A stretch of 63,920 nucleotides of DNA, the filler included. It is 7 parts of 7 records of this genome, joined end to end, with 100 filler letters (N's around TTAATTAATTAA, not from the genome) between each part and the next. Parts side by side here need not be neighbours in the genome. Positions count along the whole stretch, not along the records: positions 39,818 to 52,981 come from SRR31147125_6644; positions 53,082 to 58,608 come from SRR31147125_6661; positions 58,709 to 63,920 come from SRR31147125_6693; 4 more parts are not named here. One strand, written 5' to 3'. The notes beneath the pieces were generated by a model. It was not told the origin of the DNA and ran no database searches. It worked only from the letters and a program-made list of their open reading frames with translations. Made by a program: the position numbers and the translations under genes. Shown piece by piece: positions 52,376 to 63,920 of the stretch; the first letter of the stretch is position 1, and each line of letters opens with the position of its first letter.

Positions 52376-52981
52376 ATGATGAAGAATTTAATTACTGTAT
52401 TAACAATTGTTTTACTATTCGGGATTGTTGGCTGCCAACCTAAGTCGGAAGAGCCCAAACGTCCCAACATTTTGTTTATCATGTCCGACGACCATGCGTA
52501 CCAGGCAATTAGTGCTTATTCCGATAAGCTGACACAAACGCCAAACATCGACCGGATTGCCGATGAGGGGATGCTATTTACCAATGCTTGTGTTACAAAT
52601 TCAATTTGTGCACCATCGAGGGCAACCATGTTTACAGGTAAGCATTGTCATCTGCATGGAAAAACCGACAATGTATTTCCATTCGATACCACCAATGTAA
52701 CCTTTCCGCAATTATTACAGAAAGCCGGTTATCAAACTGCGCTGTTCGGAAAGCTACATTTCGGAAACAATCCCAAAGGTTTTGATGAATTTAAGGTTTT
52801 ACCCGGACAAGGCTGGTACTACAATCCTGATTTTATTACGAAAAAGGAGGGAAAAGTTCGAGTTGAAGGTTACACAACCGACCTGATAACTGATATGACT
52901 CTTAATTGGTTAAAACAAGAAAGAAAAGAAGATAAACCGTTTATGATGATGTACCTGCACAAAGCACCTCACCGCGAGTGG
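52376..52981 (+). CDS. Sulfatase (GlcNAc-6-sulfatase-like) lipoprotein, truncated
   Basis: VGC lipobox, PNILFIMSDDH, CAPSR, HKAPHR. Confidence 0.9.
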
Positions 52982-53081
52982 NNNNNNNNNNNNNNNNNNN
53001 NNNNNNNNNNNNNNNNNNNNNNNNNTTAATTAATTAANNNNNNNNNNNNNNNNNNNNNNNNNNNNNNNNNNNNNNNNNNNN
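52982..53081. other. Artificial contig spacer
   Basis: N-ttaattaattaa-N. Confidence 0.98.
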
Positions 53082-55697
<2,616 letters not shown>

Positions 55698-55705
55698 CAA
55701 AACTC

Positions 55706-55748
55706 AGTATTCGGTTATCAGTATTTTTAGTACGGATAACCGAATACT
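55706..55748. terminator. Bidirectional hairpin
   Basis: agtattcggttatc ... gataaccgaatact. Confidence 0.7.
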
Positions 55749-55770
55749 TCTTACCGATACCATTAACTTT

Positions 55771-56340
55771 TCACGATTCTTTTCTTAACGCAACACGTAA
55801 TTTCTCCAACGCCCTACTCATCTGCGTTCTCACAGTTGTAATTGAAATATTTAACTGTTCAGCAATTTCATTATACGATTTATTTTCGAACCTGCTTAGT
55901 TTAAAAATCTCTGCACATTTTTCCGGCAATGAATTAATCGCTAATGAGATGTGTTCTTTTAATTCTTCCAGTTCTAACTGATTCAATGGATTATCAGAAG
56001 AATCAAAACTTGTTTCAAAAGTATTTTTCTCCTGTTCTTCGCTTATGTGTTTAAGCTGAATATTACGATGCCTTAAATAATTTAGGCTGCGTTTGTGGAC
56101 AAAACTAAAAATATAAACCCGGAAGGTTTTTTCAATACGGATATATTGCCTGATATCCCAGATTTTTACAAAACATTCGTTAACAATATCTTTCGAGGTT
56201 TCTTCATCGCCAACTAAACCAAAAACATAATTACAAAGATGAACAAAATAACGTTTATAGAGAACTTCAAATGATTTGTCATTACCATTTTTAATCCGTT
56301 CTACCAACTGTTCATCAGTAACTACCTTCTTGTCTTTCAT
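55771..56340 (-). CDS. ECF sigma-70 factor (Bacteroidota type)
   Basis: DIVNECFVKIW; SLPEKCAEIFKLSRFENKSYNEIAEQLNISITTV. Confidence 0.92.
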   Translation of the reverse strand: MKDKKVVTDEQLVERIKNGNDKSFEVLYKRYFVHLCNYVFGLVGDEETSKDIVNECFVKIWDIRQYIRIEKTFRVYIFSFVHKRSLNYLRHRNIQLKHISEEQEKNTFETSFDSSDNPLNQLELEELKEHISLAINSLPEKCAEIFKLSRFENKSYNEIAEQLNISITTVRTQMSRALEKLRVALRKES

Positions 56341-56426
56341 AATTCAGTTGTAAAACTATATTATTTTTTTATCATCTTGTCATATTATTTTTTCAGTTAA
56401 GTGTCTACTCATTTAGAAAGTCAAAA

Positions 56427-57560
56427 ATGAACGAAGAAGATCAAAAATATATAGAATTGGGAACTTCCTATCTTCTAAATAAATTAGAAGGTGAAGAATT
56501 AAAGGATTTTCTTGAATGGTATCATAGTTCGCCAGATCATAAAGCGATCATTCAACAATTGAAAGATGCATGGGATCTTACCACTCTCGCAAATACCAAC
56601 ACCCAATTCTCCACAGAAACAGGTTGGAAAGATTTTGTAGTAAAAAGAAAGTCTGCCAACTCTTATTTTACAATCTCAAATACCGTTAAGATTGCCGCAG
56701 CACTTATTATTTCATTTACATTAGGAGCTTTGGGGTATTATTTTATTAATGAAAAATACATAAACAACCCCGAGAAAGCAGAGATGTTCGAAACAGTTGT
56801 ACCGAATGGATCCAAGACCGAAATGTATCTTTCTGACGGCACAAAAGTTTGGTTAAATGCGGGAACTACATTGCGCTACAAAACATCATACAGCAGCAAT
56901 CAACGAGATGTGTATCTTGATGGTGAAGCGTATTTCGAAGTTAAGAAAGATCCCGAGCACCCATTTATCGTGCATGTTGGCGATGTTCAGGTGAAAGCAG
57001 TGGGAACGGCTTTTAATGTTAAAGCTTACGCCAACGAAAAAACCATAGAAACAACTCTTGTGGAAGGTAAAGTATTGGTATCTGAGAACAGGCTTGAAAA
57101 AGAAATAGTAATGTCGCCCAATCAAAAATTGACATTGGTAAACAAAAAGACAGAAGATGCAAGTCCAATTGAAGAGGAAAAACAAAATAGAACCGACAAT
57201 ATTGAAGATGATGCAATGATTGTTTCAGAAGAAACGAATAACACAATTCTTGAAGATGAAGTTGATATTAAATCTGAAGTTTCTTGGAAAGAAAACGAAT
57301 GGTTTATTTCCGGTATGAGCCTGGAAGAATTGGCCGTGCAATTGCAAAGAAGGTACGATGTACATATTACAATCTCAGATAATGATTTAAGAAAATACAG
57401 GTTTACCGGAACTTTGCTCGATGAATCATTAGAGCAGGTACTTACTTATTTGAGTAAAGTGGCGCCGGTAAATTATAAGGTTGACGGGAAAGAGGTTGTT
57501 TTCTCCGTTAATTTTAAATTCATGAATGAGTACAAACAAATGCTGAAAAACAATAAATAA
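56427..57560 (+). CDS. FecR-family anti-sigma factor
   Basis: TM segment, LSDGTKVWLNAGT, LDGEAYFEV, AVGTAFNV, LVEG, SWK. Confidence 0.92.
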   Translation: MNEEDQKYIELGTSYLLNKLEGEELKDFLEWYHSSPDHKAIIQQLKDAWDLTTLANTNTQFSTETGWKDFVVKRKSANSYFTISNTVKIAAALIISFTLGALGYYFINEKYINNPEKAEMFETVVPNGSKTEMYLSDGTKVWLNAGTTLRYKTSYSSNQRDVYLDGEAYFEVKKDPEHPFIVHVGDVQVKAVGTAFNVKAYANEKTIETTLVEGKVLVSENRLEKEIVMSPNQKLTLVNKKTEDASPIEEEKQNRTDNIEDDAMIVSEETNNTILEDEVDIKSEVSWKENEWFISGMSLEELAVQLQRRYDVHITISDNDLRKYRFTGTLLDESLEQVLTYLSKVAPVNYKVDGKEVVFSVNFKFMNEYKQMLKNNK

Positions 57561-57624
57561 CTAACTGATTTTTTTAACTAAAACTTTTGTAACAATGAAG
57601 ACATAAGCTGATTTCAGAAAAAAA

Positions 57625-57705
57625 TGCAGGACGAAAAAATCCCCCTGCACCTTTTACATATTTGTTAAATATGCTACACCCAATTTGTGGTGAATGGTTG
57701 TAGCA
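57625..57705 (+). promoter_or_regulatory. Two hairpins in the fecR-susC intergenic region
   Basis: tgcagg..cctgca (57625-57649) and tgctaca..tgtagca (57672-57705). Confidence 0.35.
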
Positions 57706-57796
57706 AAATCTAATTTAAACATTTCAAAACTATGAAAAAAATTCATTTATTGGAGGTATTTATTTTATTAAGAAACCTAAAAAGTTACTATTGACT

Positions 57797-58608
57797 ATGA
57801 AACTAACAGTGTTGTTAAGTCTTATGTGTTTAGTGCCCTCAATTGCCAGTGTTTACTCGCAAGAAGAGAGGATATCACTCGATATTGATAACAAAGCGAT
57901 AAAAGAAGTTCTTCGCGAAATTGAGATGGTGAGCGACTACCGTTTCTTTTTTAGTGATGATTTACTGCCATTGGATGAGCGCATCAATTTAAATGTAAAA
58001 AATGGGCAAGTTAAAGAGGTATTGGATAACCTTTTATTAGATAAGTCTTTGTCTTACCAGTTAGTTAACAATAACATGGTGCTTATTGTGCCCAATGAGC
58101 TGAACCAGGAAATGGTTATTAAAGGTTCAATAACCGATATAGATGGTAATCCATTACCAGGTGTTAACATTGTAGAAAAGGGTACAACCAATGGAACTGT
58201 TACCGACCTTGATGGTAAGTACACCATATCCATCGGTTCTCCGGAATCTATCCTGGTATTTTCTTACGTTGGTTTCCTAACAGAAGAAATTGATGTGAGC
58301 GGTAAATCTGTTGTTGATGTTTCACTGGTAGAGGATATTCAACAATTGGATGAGGTTGTAGTGGTAGGTTATGGTGCAGTTAAAAAAAGAGATATTACCG
58401 GTTCCATATCATCCATTAAAGAAGAAGAAATTACAGCTATCCCTACAAGCAATGTTTTAGAAAGCATGCAGGGTAAAATTGCAGGTTTGGATATGACAAA
58501 TTCCAGCGGAGCACTTGGTTCGCCACTTAGCTTTACCGTGCGTGGTAACCGTTCGCTTACTGCCAGCAACGACCCGCTAATTTTAGTAGATGGAATTGCT
58601 TATGGTTC
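57797..58608 (+). CDS. susC: SusC/RagA TonB-dependent transducer with STN domain, truncated
   Basis: STN-like N-terminus, PLPGVNIVEKGTTNGTVTD, EVVVVGYG, VRGNRS...PLILVDG. An upstream ATG at 57732 is out of frame. Confidence 0.9.
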
Positions 58609-58708
58609 NNNNNNNNNNNNNNNNNNNNNNNNNNNNNNNNNNNNNNNNNNNNTTAATTAATTAANNNNNNNNNNNNNNNNNNNNNNNNNNNNNNNNNNNN
58701 NNNNNNNN
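58609..58708. other. Artificial contig spacer
   Basis: N-ttaattaattaa-N. Confidence 0.98.
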
Positions 58709-58723
58709 AAAATAGGGGAAGAA

Positions 58724-59692
58724 ATGGAATACGACCAGAAAAAATCAACAATAGCAAAAATAGCATGGCTATATTACATTAATGACTACACTCAGCAGCA
58801 AATCGCAGATGCCATGGATATATCGAGAACGAAGGTAACTCGATATTTACAGAAGGCACGTGAAATGGGGTTGGTTACGATTTCTGTATCTACAGACTAC
58901 CATACGTGTTTCGATAAAGAGGTGCAGCTAAAACAGCAGCTTGGACTTAAGAATGTTGTTATATCGCCAAGTGCAGATTCGCCTGACCAGACCATTAAGA
59001 ACGTAGGGGTAGCGGGCGCTGCATATCTTGACGGTATACTCAACGCAGACGATATACTGGGAGTTGCGTGGGGACGGGCGCTTTATAACGTAGCGAAACA
59101 TTTGACTGAGGTAAAAGCGGACGGGAATAAGCATATGGAAGTAGTTCAGCTTATCGGAGGTCTCTATCACAGCGGAAGAATTAATCCTGAAGAGATAGTT
59201 AAAGAGATCGCACGCAGGCTGAATGCAAAAGGTACATGGCTTAATACTCCTGCTGTAGTTGGCAGTAAAGAGATATGCGACATGCTTTTAAATGACCTAA
59301 ATGTATTAGATGTGTTTGAGAAAGCAAAGTCGTGTACGAAATGCATAATTGGTCTGGGTGATGTCGAAATGCAGGCTTCACTGATCGAGTCCGGATCGCT
59401 TAGCCCAGAAGTAATGAGCGAATTGAAGCAAGCAGGAGCAGTAGGGGACATAATGTCACGATTCTTTGACATTAACGGTAACGAGGTTGAAAGCTCGCTT
59501 ACCGGGCGTATAATCTCTATCCCGCTTGATGATATAAAACTAATTAAAGAGCGAATAGCATTTACATCGGGAGCGCATAAGGCAAAGACGATAATCGGAG
59601 CTAGCCGTGGGGGTTATATAAATTCGATTGTTACTGATGAGAATACAGCAGACGCAGTAATAGATTATTTTAGTAAGAAAGAAACAAAGTGA
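58724..59692 (+). CDS. SorC/LsrR-type sugar-binding transcriptional regulator
   Basis: AWLYY..TQQQIA...SRTKV HTH; GVAWGR; GAVGD; VTDE. Confidence 0.9.
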   Translation: MEYDQKKSTIAKIAWLYYINDYTQQQIADAMDISRTKVTRYLQKAREMGLVTISVSTDYHTCFDKEVQLKQQLGLKNVVISPSADSPDQTIKNVGVAGAAYLDGILNADDILGVAWGRALYNVAKHLTEVKADGNKHMEVVQLIGGLYHSGRINPEEIVKEIARRLNAKGTWLNTPAVVGSKEICDMLLNDLNVLDVFEKAKSCTKCIIGLGDVEMQASLIESGSLSPEVMSELKQAGAVGDIMSRFFDINGNEVESSLTGRIISIPLDDIKLIKERIAFTSGAHKAKTIIGASRGGYINSIVTDENTADAVIDYFSKKETK

Positions 59693-59764
59693 GTTACGGA
59701 TAAGAAAGCTCATTGATGTTTGTTTTAATATTTAATGGTATTTAATATTTTAGGAGGGATAATA

Positions 59765-60718
59765 GTGGATTTCAGCAAACAACAGCTAGCAGATATGCTT
59801 GAAAAGATGTATCGTACAAGGAAGTTTGAAGAGAAGATAGCATATTTTTTTGCTATGGGTATGGTGCACGGAACAACACATTTATGCGCAGGTCAGGAAG
59901 CGGTAGCAACAGGTGTCGTTACTGCAATGGATGAACAGGACATAATGACTTCTACCCACCGTGGTCACGGTCACTGTATAAGCAAGGGACTGGACCTTAA
60001 TCTGATGATGGCGGAGTTCCTTGGTAAAGAAACGGGGTATTGCAAGGGTAAAGGCGGCTCTATGCACATTGCTGACCTTGACAGCGGCAATCTTGGTGCA
60101 AACGGTATCGTAGGCGGCGGTCATTGCGTTGCAGTCGGCGCAGCTTTAACATCTCAGATGAGAAAACAAAACAAGCTGGTCATATGCTTCTTCGGCGACG
60201 GCGCAATAAACGAGGGAAGCTGGCATGAAGCGGCAAACCTTGCGTCAGTATGGAAGCTTCCCGTTCTGTTCGTGTGCGAGAACAATCAATACGGAATGTC
60301 TATGAGCAAAGAAAGATCGATGAACATAGACGATATAGCGGTAAGAGCCAGTGCGTTTGGTTTCCCGGGGAAAACAATCGACGGCAACAACGTAATTGAA
60401 ATATATGAAGAAACACGCAAGGCAAGGGAGTATGTCATGGAAAACGGACCTATGCTTCTTGTATGCAATACATACCGTTTTTACGGACACTCCAAGAGCG
60501 ATGCTAACGTATACAGAACGAAAGAAGAGATTGAAGAATGGAAGGCAAAAGACCCAATCCTGCAGATGAGGGCGTTCATGGTTGATAACGGATTTACTGA
60601 GACAGAACTTGACGACTTAGAAATAAAGGCAGGGAAAGATATTGACAGCGCTGTCGAATTTGCCGAAGCAAGCCCGTATCCATCAATCGACACGATAATG
60701 GACGACGTATACGCATAG
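59765..60718 (+). CDS. acoA: Acetoin/2-oxoacid dehydrogenase E1 alpha
   Basis: GTG start after RBS ggaggg; THRGHGH, GKGGSMH, GDGA..ENN, RFYGHSKSD. Confidence 0.85.
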   Translation: MDFSKQQLADMLEKMYRTRKFEEKIAYFFAMGMVHGTTHLCAGQEAVATGVVTAMDEQDIMTSTHRGHGHCISKGLDLNLMMAEFLGKETGYCKGKGGSMHIADLDSGNLGANGIVGGGHCVAVGAALTSQMRKQNKLVICFFGDGAINEGSWHEAANLASVWKLPVLFVCENNQYGMSMSKERSMNIDDIAVRASAFGFPGKTIDGNNVIEIYEETRKAREYVMENGPMLLVCNTYRFYGHSKSDANVYRTKEEIEEWKAKDPILQMRAFMVDNGFTETELDDLEIKAGKDIDSAVEFAEASPYPSIDTIMDDVYA

Positions 60719-60730
60719 GGGGAGAGCAAA

Positions 60731-61708
60731 ATGAGAGAAATAACATATGCACAAGCAATAAATGAAGCGATGAGCGAGGAAATGCGCCGTGATGAAAACG
60801 TATTTCTTCTTGGGGAAGATGTTGGGGTGTACGGCGGTGCGTTCGGCGTTTCGGTCGGGATGATTGATGAATTCGGAGAAGAGAGAGTCAGAGACACACC
60901 CATAAGTGAAGCAGCAATAGCAGGCGCAGCCGTAGGTGCTGCAGTAACAGGACAGCGCCCTATAGCAGAGATTATGTTTTCTGACTTTACTACCATAGCT
61001 ATGGATCGGCTGGTGAATCAGGGCGCAAAAATGCGCTATATGTTCGGCGGTAAAGCAAAAGTGCCGATGGTACTGCGAACACCCGGCGGAAGCGGTACGG
61101 GTGCTGCTGCCCAGCACAGCCAGAGCGTAGAAGCATGGTTCTGCCATGTGCCGGGTCTTAAAGTAGTAATTCCATCTACACCGTACGATGCCAAAGGACT
61201 TCTGAAAGCTGCAATAAGAGACGACAATCCTGTCGTGTTTATAGAGCAGAAGCTTCTGTATCGCAGAAAAGGTGAAGTGCCGGAGGACGATTATGTCATA
61301 GAGCTGGGTAAAGCCGACGTTAAGCGTGAGGGAAGTGATGTTACTATCATAACATACGGAAGAATGGTTCCGTTATGTCTGGAGGCTGCGGAAGGCTTCG
61401 CTGAAAAGGGAGTGAGTATAGAGGTAATAGATATAAGGACGCTTGCTCCTCTTGATAAAGATACTCTGGTAGCTTCAGCTAAGAAAACCGGACATGTGCT
61501 TATAGTGCACGAAGCTTGCCAGACTGGCGGTTTCGGAGGGGAGGTAGCATCGGTGATTGGCGACAGCGAAGCGTTCTATTATCTTGATGCCCCGATAAAA
61601 CGCCTTGGCGGCCTTGATGTGCCGATCCCGTATTGTCCTGAACTTGAAAAGTACGTTGTGCCTACGCTTGATAAAGTTACACAAGCTGTTGAAGAACTTC
61701 TAAGATAG
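60731..61708 (+). CDS. acoB: Acetoin/2-oxoacid dehydrogenase E1 beta
   Basis: [23 protein letters not shown]. Confidence 0.85.
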   Translation: MREITYAQAINEAMSEEMRRDENVFLLGEDVGVYGGAFGVSVGMIDEFGEERVRDTPISEAAIAGAAVGAAVTGQRPIAEIMFSDFTTIAMDRLVNQGAKMRYMFGGKAKVPMVLRTPGGSGTGAAAQHSQSVEAWFCHVPGLKVVIPSTPYDAKGLLKAAIRDDNPVVFIEQKLLYRRKGEVPEDDYVIELGKADVKREGSDVTIITYGRMVPLCLEAAEGFAEKGVSIEVIDIRTLAPLDKDTLVASAKKTGHVLIVHEACQTGGFGGEVASVIGDSEAFYYLDAPIKRLGGLDVPIPYCPELEKYVVPTLDKVTQAVEELLR

Positions 61709-61717
61709 GGTGATTAT

Positions 61718-63163
61718 ATGACGGAAATCATTATGCCCAAAGCAGGGATGGCGATGGAAACAGGTAAAATCGTCAAATGGCTCGTCAGCGAGGGTGATAC
61801 TGTAAAGAAAGGCGACATGATACTGGAGATAGAAACCGACAAGGTTAACATGGAAGTGGAAGCTTTTGAGTCGGGCACTATTCTAAAACTAATTGCAGAT
61901 GAAGGGGATGAAGTTCCTGTAACTACGGTTATAGGCTATCTTGGTAGTCCTGATGAAAAGATACCTGATGTTGTGAATAAAGGCAAGACTATTGAAACTC
62001 CGATTAAAACTGCTGTTAAGCCTGTTTCTACAGTTAAGAAGAGTGATGTGACATTGCATTTAACCGGTACAAATACTCCTGCTACGCCGGCTGCAAAAAG
62101 GCTTTCCGAAGAATACAGTATAAACATTGCGCAAGTTACCCCGAGCGGACATCTCGGTCATGTAAAAGCCGAGGATGTTATTAGAGCAAAAACGATGAGA
62201 CAAAGCGGACGCATTGCAGCAACGCCTCTCGCCAAAACCCTTGCAGAACAGCGTGGCATAGACATTAGAAGCGTTACGCCAAGCGGACACCTTGGCCATG
62301 TAAAAGCCGTTGATATTCCGCAAAAAGCTAGTGCTAAATATAAAGCAACGCCGCTTGCGGCGTCTATAGCTAAAGACAAAGGTATAGATTTGGCTCAGCT
62401 TAACATTGATGGACGTATCTACGCAAAAGACGTCAAGACGGCAATGCATGAACATACAGCAAATGCAGCAAATACAAGCGTGCCGCTCATGGATGGCGAT
62501 ACGACAGAGCCGCTTGATGCAATGCGCAGCGTTATAGCGAAGAGGATGCGACAAAGCCATACTGAAGTTCCGCCTGTAACGATGCACACAAAAGTTGACG
62601 TAACTGGACTTCTTAAACACCGAAAGGCGGCGAATGCGCAAGCTGCAGAAAAGATATCTATAAACGACTATATAATAGAAGCGTGTGCAAAGGCGCTCGC
62701 CGAAATGCCGGAAGCTAACATAAGCTTCGGCGGAGACTTTATAATCCGTAGGGGGCATGTGAATATTGGTGTAGCGGTAGCTATAGAAGGCGGAGGGCTT
62801 ATTGTTCCGGTAATTAAAGATGCAGACAAAAAGGACATAAACGAGCTGTCAGCCGAGATGAAAACGCTGGCAGAGAAAGCAAGGACGGGTAAACTTATGC
62901 CGGACGAATATTCCGGCGGTACTTTTACAATAAGTAATCTTGGTATGATGGGTATTACTTATTTTACGCCTATCATAAACCAGCCCGAAAGTATGATACT
63001 CGGTGTTAATGCTGTTGAAAAAGTTCTGAACATGGATGAAGACGGAAATCTTTTCAATCGTGACATTATGGGGCTTTCGCTTACTTTTGACCATCGTGCG
63101 CACGACGGAGCGGGTGCTGCAAAGTTTCTGCAAAAAGTGGTTGCGATGCTGGAGAGGTTTTAA
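61718..63163 (+). CDS. acoC: Dihydrolipoamide acyltransferase E2 with three peripheral-subunit-binding domains
   Basis: Lipoyl ETDKV; three ATP(L/A)A...G repeats; TISNLG; DHRAHDG. Confidence 0.88.
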   Translation: MTEIIMPKAGMAMETGKIVKWLVSEGDTVKKGDMILEIETDKVNMEVEAFESGTILKLIADEGDEVPVTTVIGYLGSPDEKIPDVVNKGKTIETPIKTAVKPVSTVKKSDVTLHLTGTNTPATPAAKRLSEEYSINIAQVTPSGHLGHVKAEDVIRAKTMRQSGRIAATPLAKTLAEQRGIDIRSVTPSGHLGHVKAVDIPQKASAKYKATPLAASIAKDKGIDLAQLNIDGRIYAKDVKTAMHEHTANAANTSVPLMDGDTTEPLDAMRSVIAKRMRQSHTEVPPVTMHTKVDVTGLLKHRKAANAQAAEKISINDYIIEACAKALAEMPEANISFGGDFIIRRGHVNIGVAVAIEGGGLIVPVIKDADKKDINELSAEMKTLAEKARTGKLMPDEYSGGTFTISNLGMMGITYFTPIINQPESMILGVNAVEKVLNMDEDGNLFNRDIMGLSLTFDHRAHDGAGAAKFLQKVVAMLERF

Positions 63164-63236
63164 AGAATCTAATTTTGAAAGTTTCGCTGCAGTATGTATT
63201 AATAAATAAAACTACAAATTTATATGAGGAGTAATA

Positions 63237-63920
63237 ATGGTTAGTAATATTATCATGCCTAAAGCGGGCATGGCGATGGAAACTGGAAAAATCGTAAAGT
63301 GGCTCGTTAATGAGGGAGACAAGGTTTCGGTGGGTGATATGATACTGGAGATAGAAACCGACAAGGTCAATATGGAAGTCGAAGCCTTTTCTTCGGGGAC
63401 TGTTCTAAAGATACTTGCGGAAGAAGGTCAGGAGATACCTGTAACGCAAGTTATAGGATATATAGGAGAAGTCGGGGACGAGATACCGACTGAACCTGTT
63501 AAGACTCAGGCTTCTGCAAAAAAAGAAGAGCCGGCACCTGTTAAGGCTCAGGCTTCTGCAAAAAAAGAAGAACCAGCGCCCATCAAAAACTTAGTTTCAA
63601 GCGATAAAGATTATGATGTAATTGTTGTCGGCGGCGGTCCGGCAGGTTACGTCTGTGCAATAAAGGCGGCACAGCTGGGTGGAAAAGTCGCACTCGTTGA
63701 AAAAGACGTGGTCGGCGGCACGTGCCTTAACCGTGGCTGCATACCTACAAAAACATACCTGAAATCAGCGGAAATACTTGAGCACATTGAAAAAAGCGCA
63801 TACCGTGGCATCAACGTAAAAAGTGATGCGGTTACGTTTGATATGAAGACCGCCCTCAGCAACAAGAACGAAGTTGTTGCCAAGTTGACGGGGGGAGTCG
63901 GAGTGCTGCTGAAACGTAAC
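63237..63920 (+). CDS. lpdA: Dihydrolipoamide dehydrogenase E3 with N-terminal lipoyl domain; runs off the window
   Basis: RBS gaggag; MPKAGMAMETG...ETDKV; GGGPAGY; GGTCLNRGCIPTK. Confidence 0.92.
   Translation, partial: MVSNIIMPKAGMAMETGKIVKWLVNEGDKVSVGDMILEIETDKVNMEVEAFSSGTVLKILAEEGQEIPVTQVIGYIGEVGDEIPTEPVKTQASAKKEEPAPVKAQASAKKEEPAPIKNLVSSDKDYDVIVVGGGPAGYVCAIKAAQLGGKVALVEKDVVGGTCLNRGCIPTKTYLKSAEILEHIEKSAYRGINVKSDAVTFDMKTALSNKNEVVAKLTGGVGVLLKRN
63495..63578 (+). repeat. 42-bp tandem repeat (2 copies) in the lpdA linker
   Basis: Encodes PVKTQASAKKEEPA and PVKAQASAKKEEPA. Confidence 0.9.

Overview
The window is not one locus. It is seven unrelated bacterial contigs joined by 100-nt N-TTAATTAATTAA-N spacers. 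(1) 1-11212: a minus-strand rhamnosidase cluster (frameshifted GH78, two GH106-like genes, a URO-D-family gene) directly downstream of a decayed IS1380/ISEcp1-like element whose terminal inverted repeats are visible, then a PorV/PorQ-like gene end followed by a strand-specific RNA stem. (2) 11313-23654: a Sel1-repeat gene, then a promoter-to-terminator operon of seven putatively exported proteins (FlgT-N-like, double LPP20/FlgP-like, CsgG/FlgT-C-like, three unknowns and an unannotated 58-aa lipoprotein), ldhA, clpP, and a stand-alone 109-aa protein carrying only the class III RNR glycyl-radical motif behind its own sigma70 promoter and an NrdR-box-like site. (3) 23755-30477, AT-rich and Fusobacteriota-like: cysNC, a GGDEF protein, a thymidine kinase-dethiobiotin synthase fusion, TruA-KH, an HD protein and a radical SAM start. 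(4) 30578-39717: hybrid kinase tail, pgsA, HAD, PFOR with a DHOD-like partner, Gfo/Idh/MocA. (5) 39818-52981: a Bacteroidota-type sulfated-glycan locus. (6) 53082-58608: GH2, ECF sigma, FecR, SusC. (7) 58709-63920: a SorC-type regulator and an acetoin/2-oxoacid dehydrogenase operon. The best candidates for an undescribed system are the exported CsgG/FlgT/LPP20 operon and the small NrdD-like glycyl-radical protein. Many single-base frameshifts fall in homopolymer runs and are probably sequencing errors. All family calls come from motif recognition; no searches were run.
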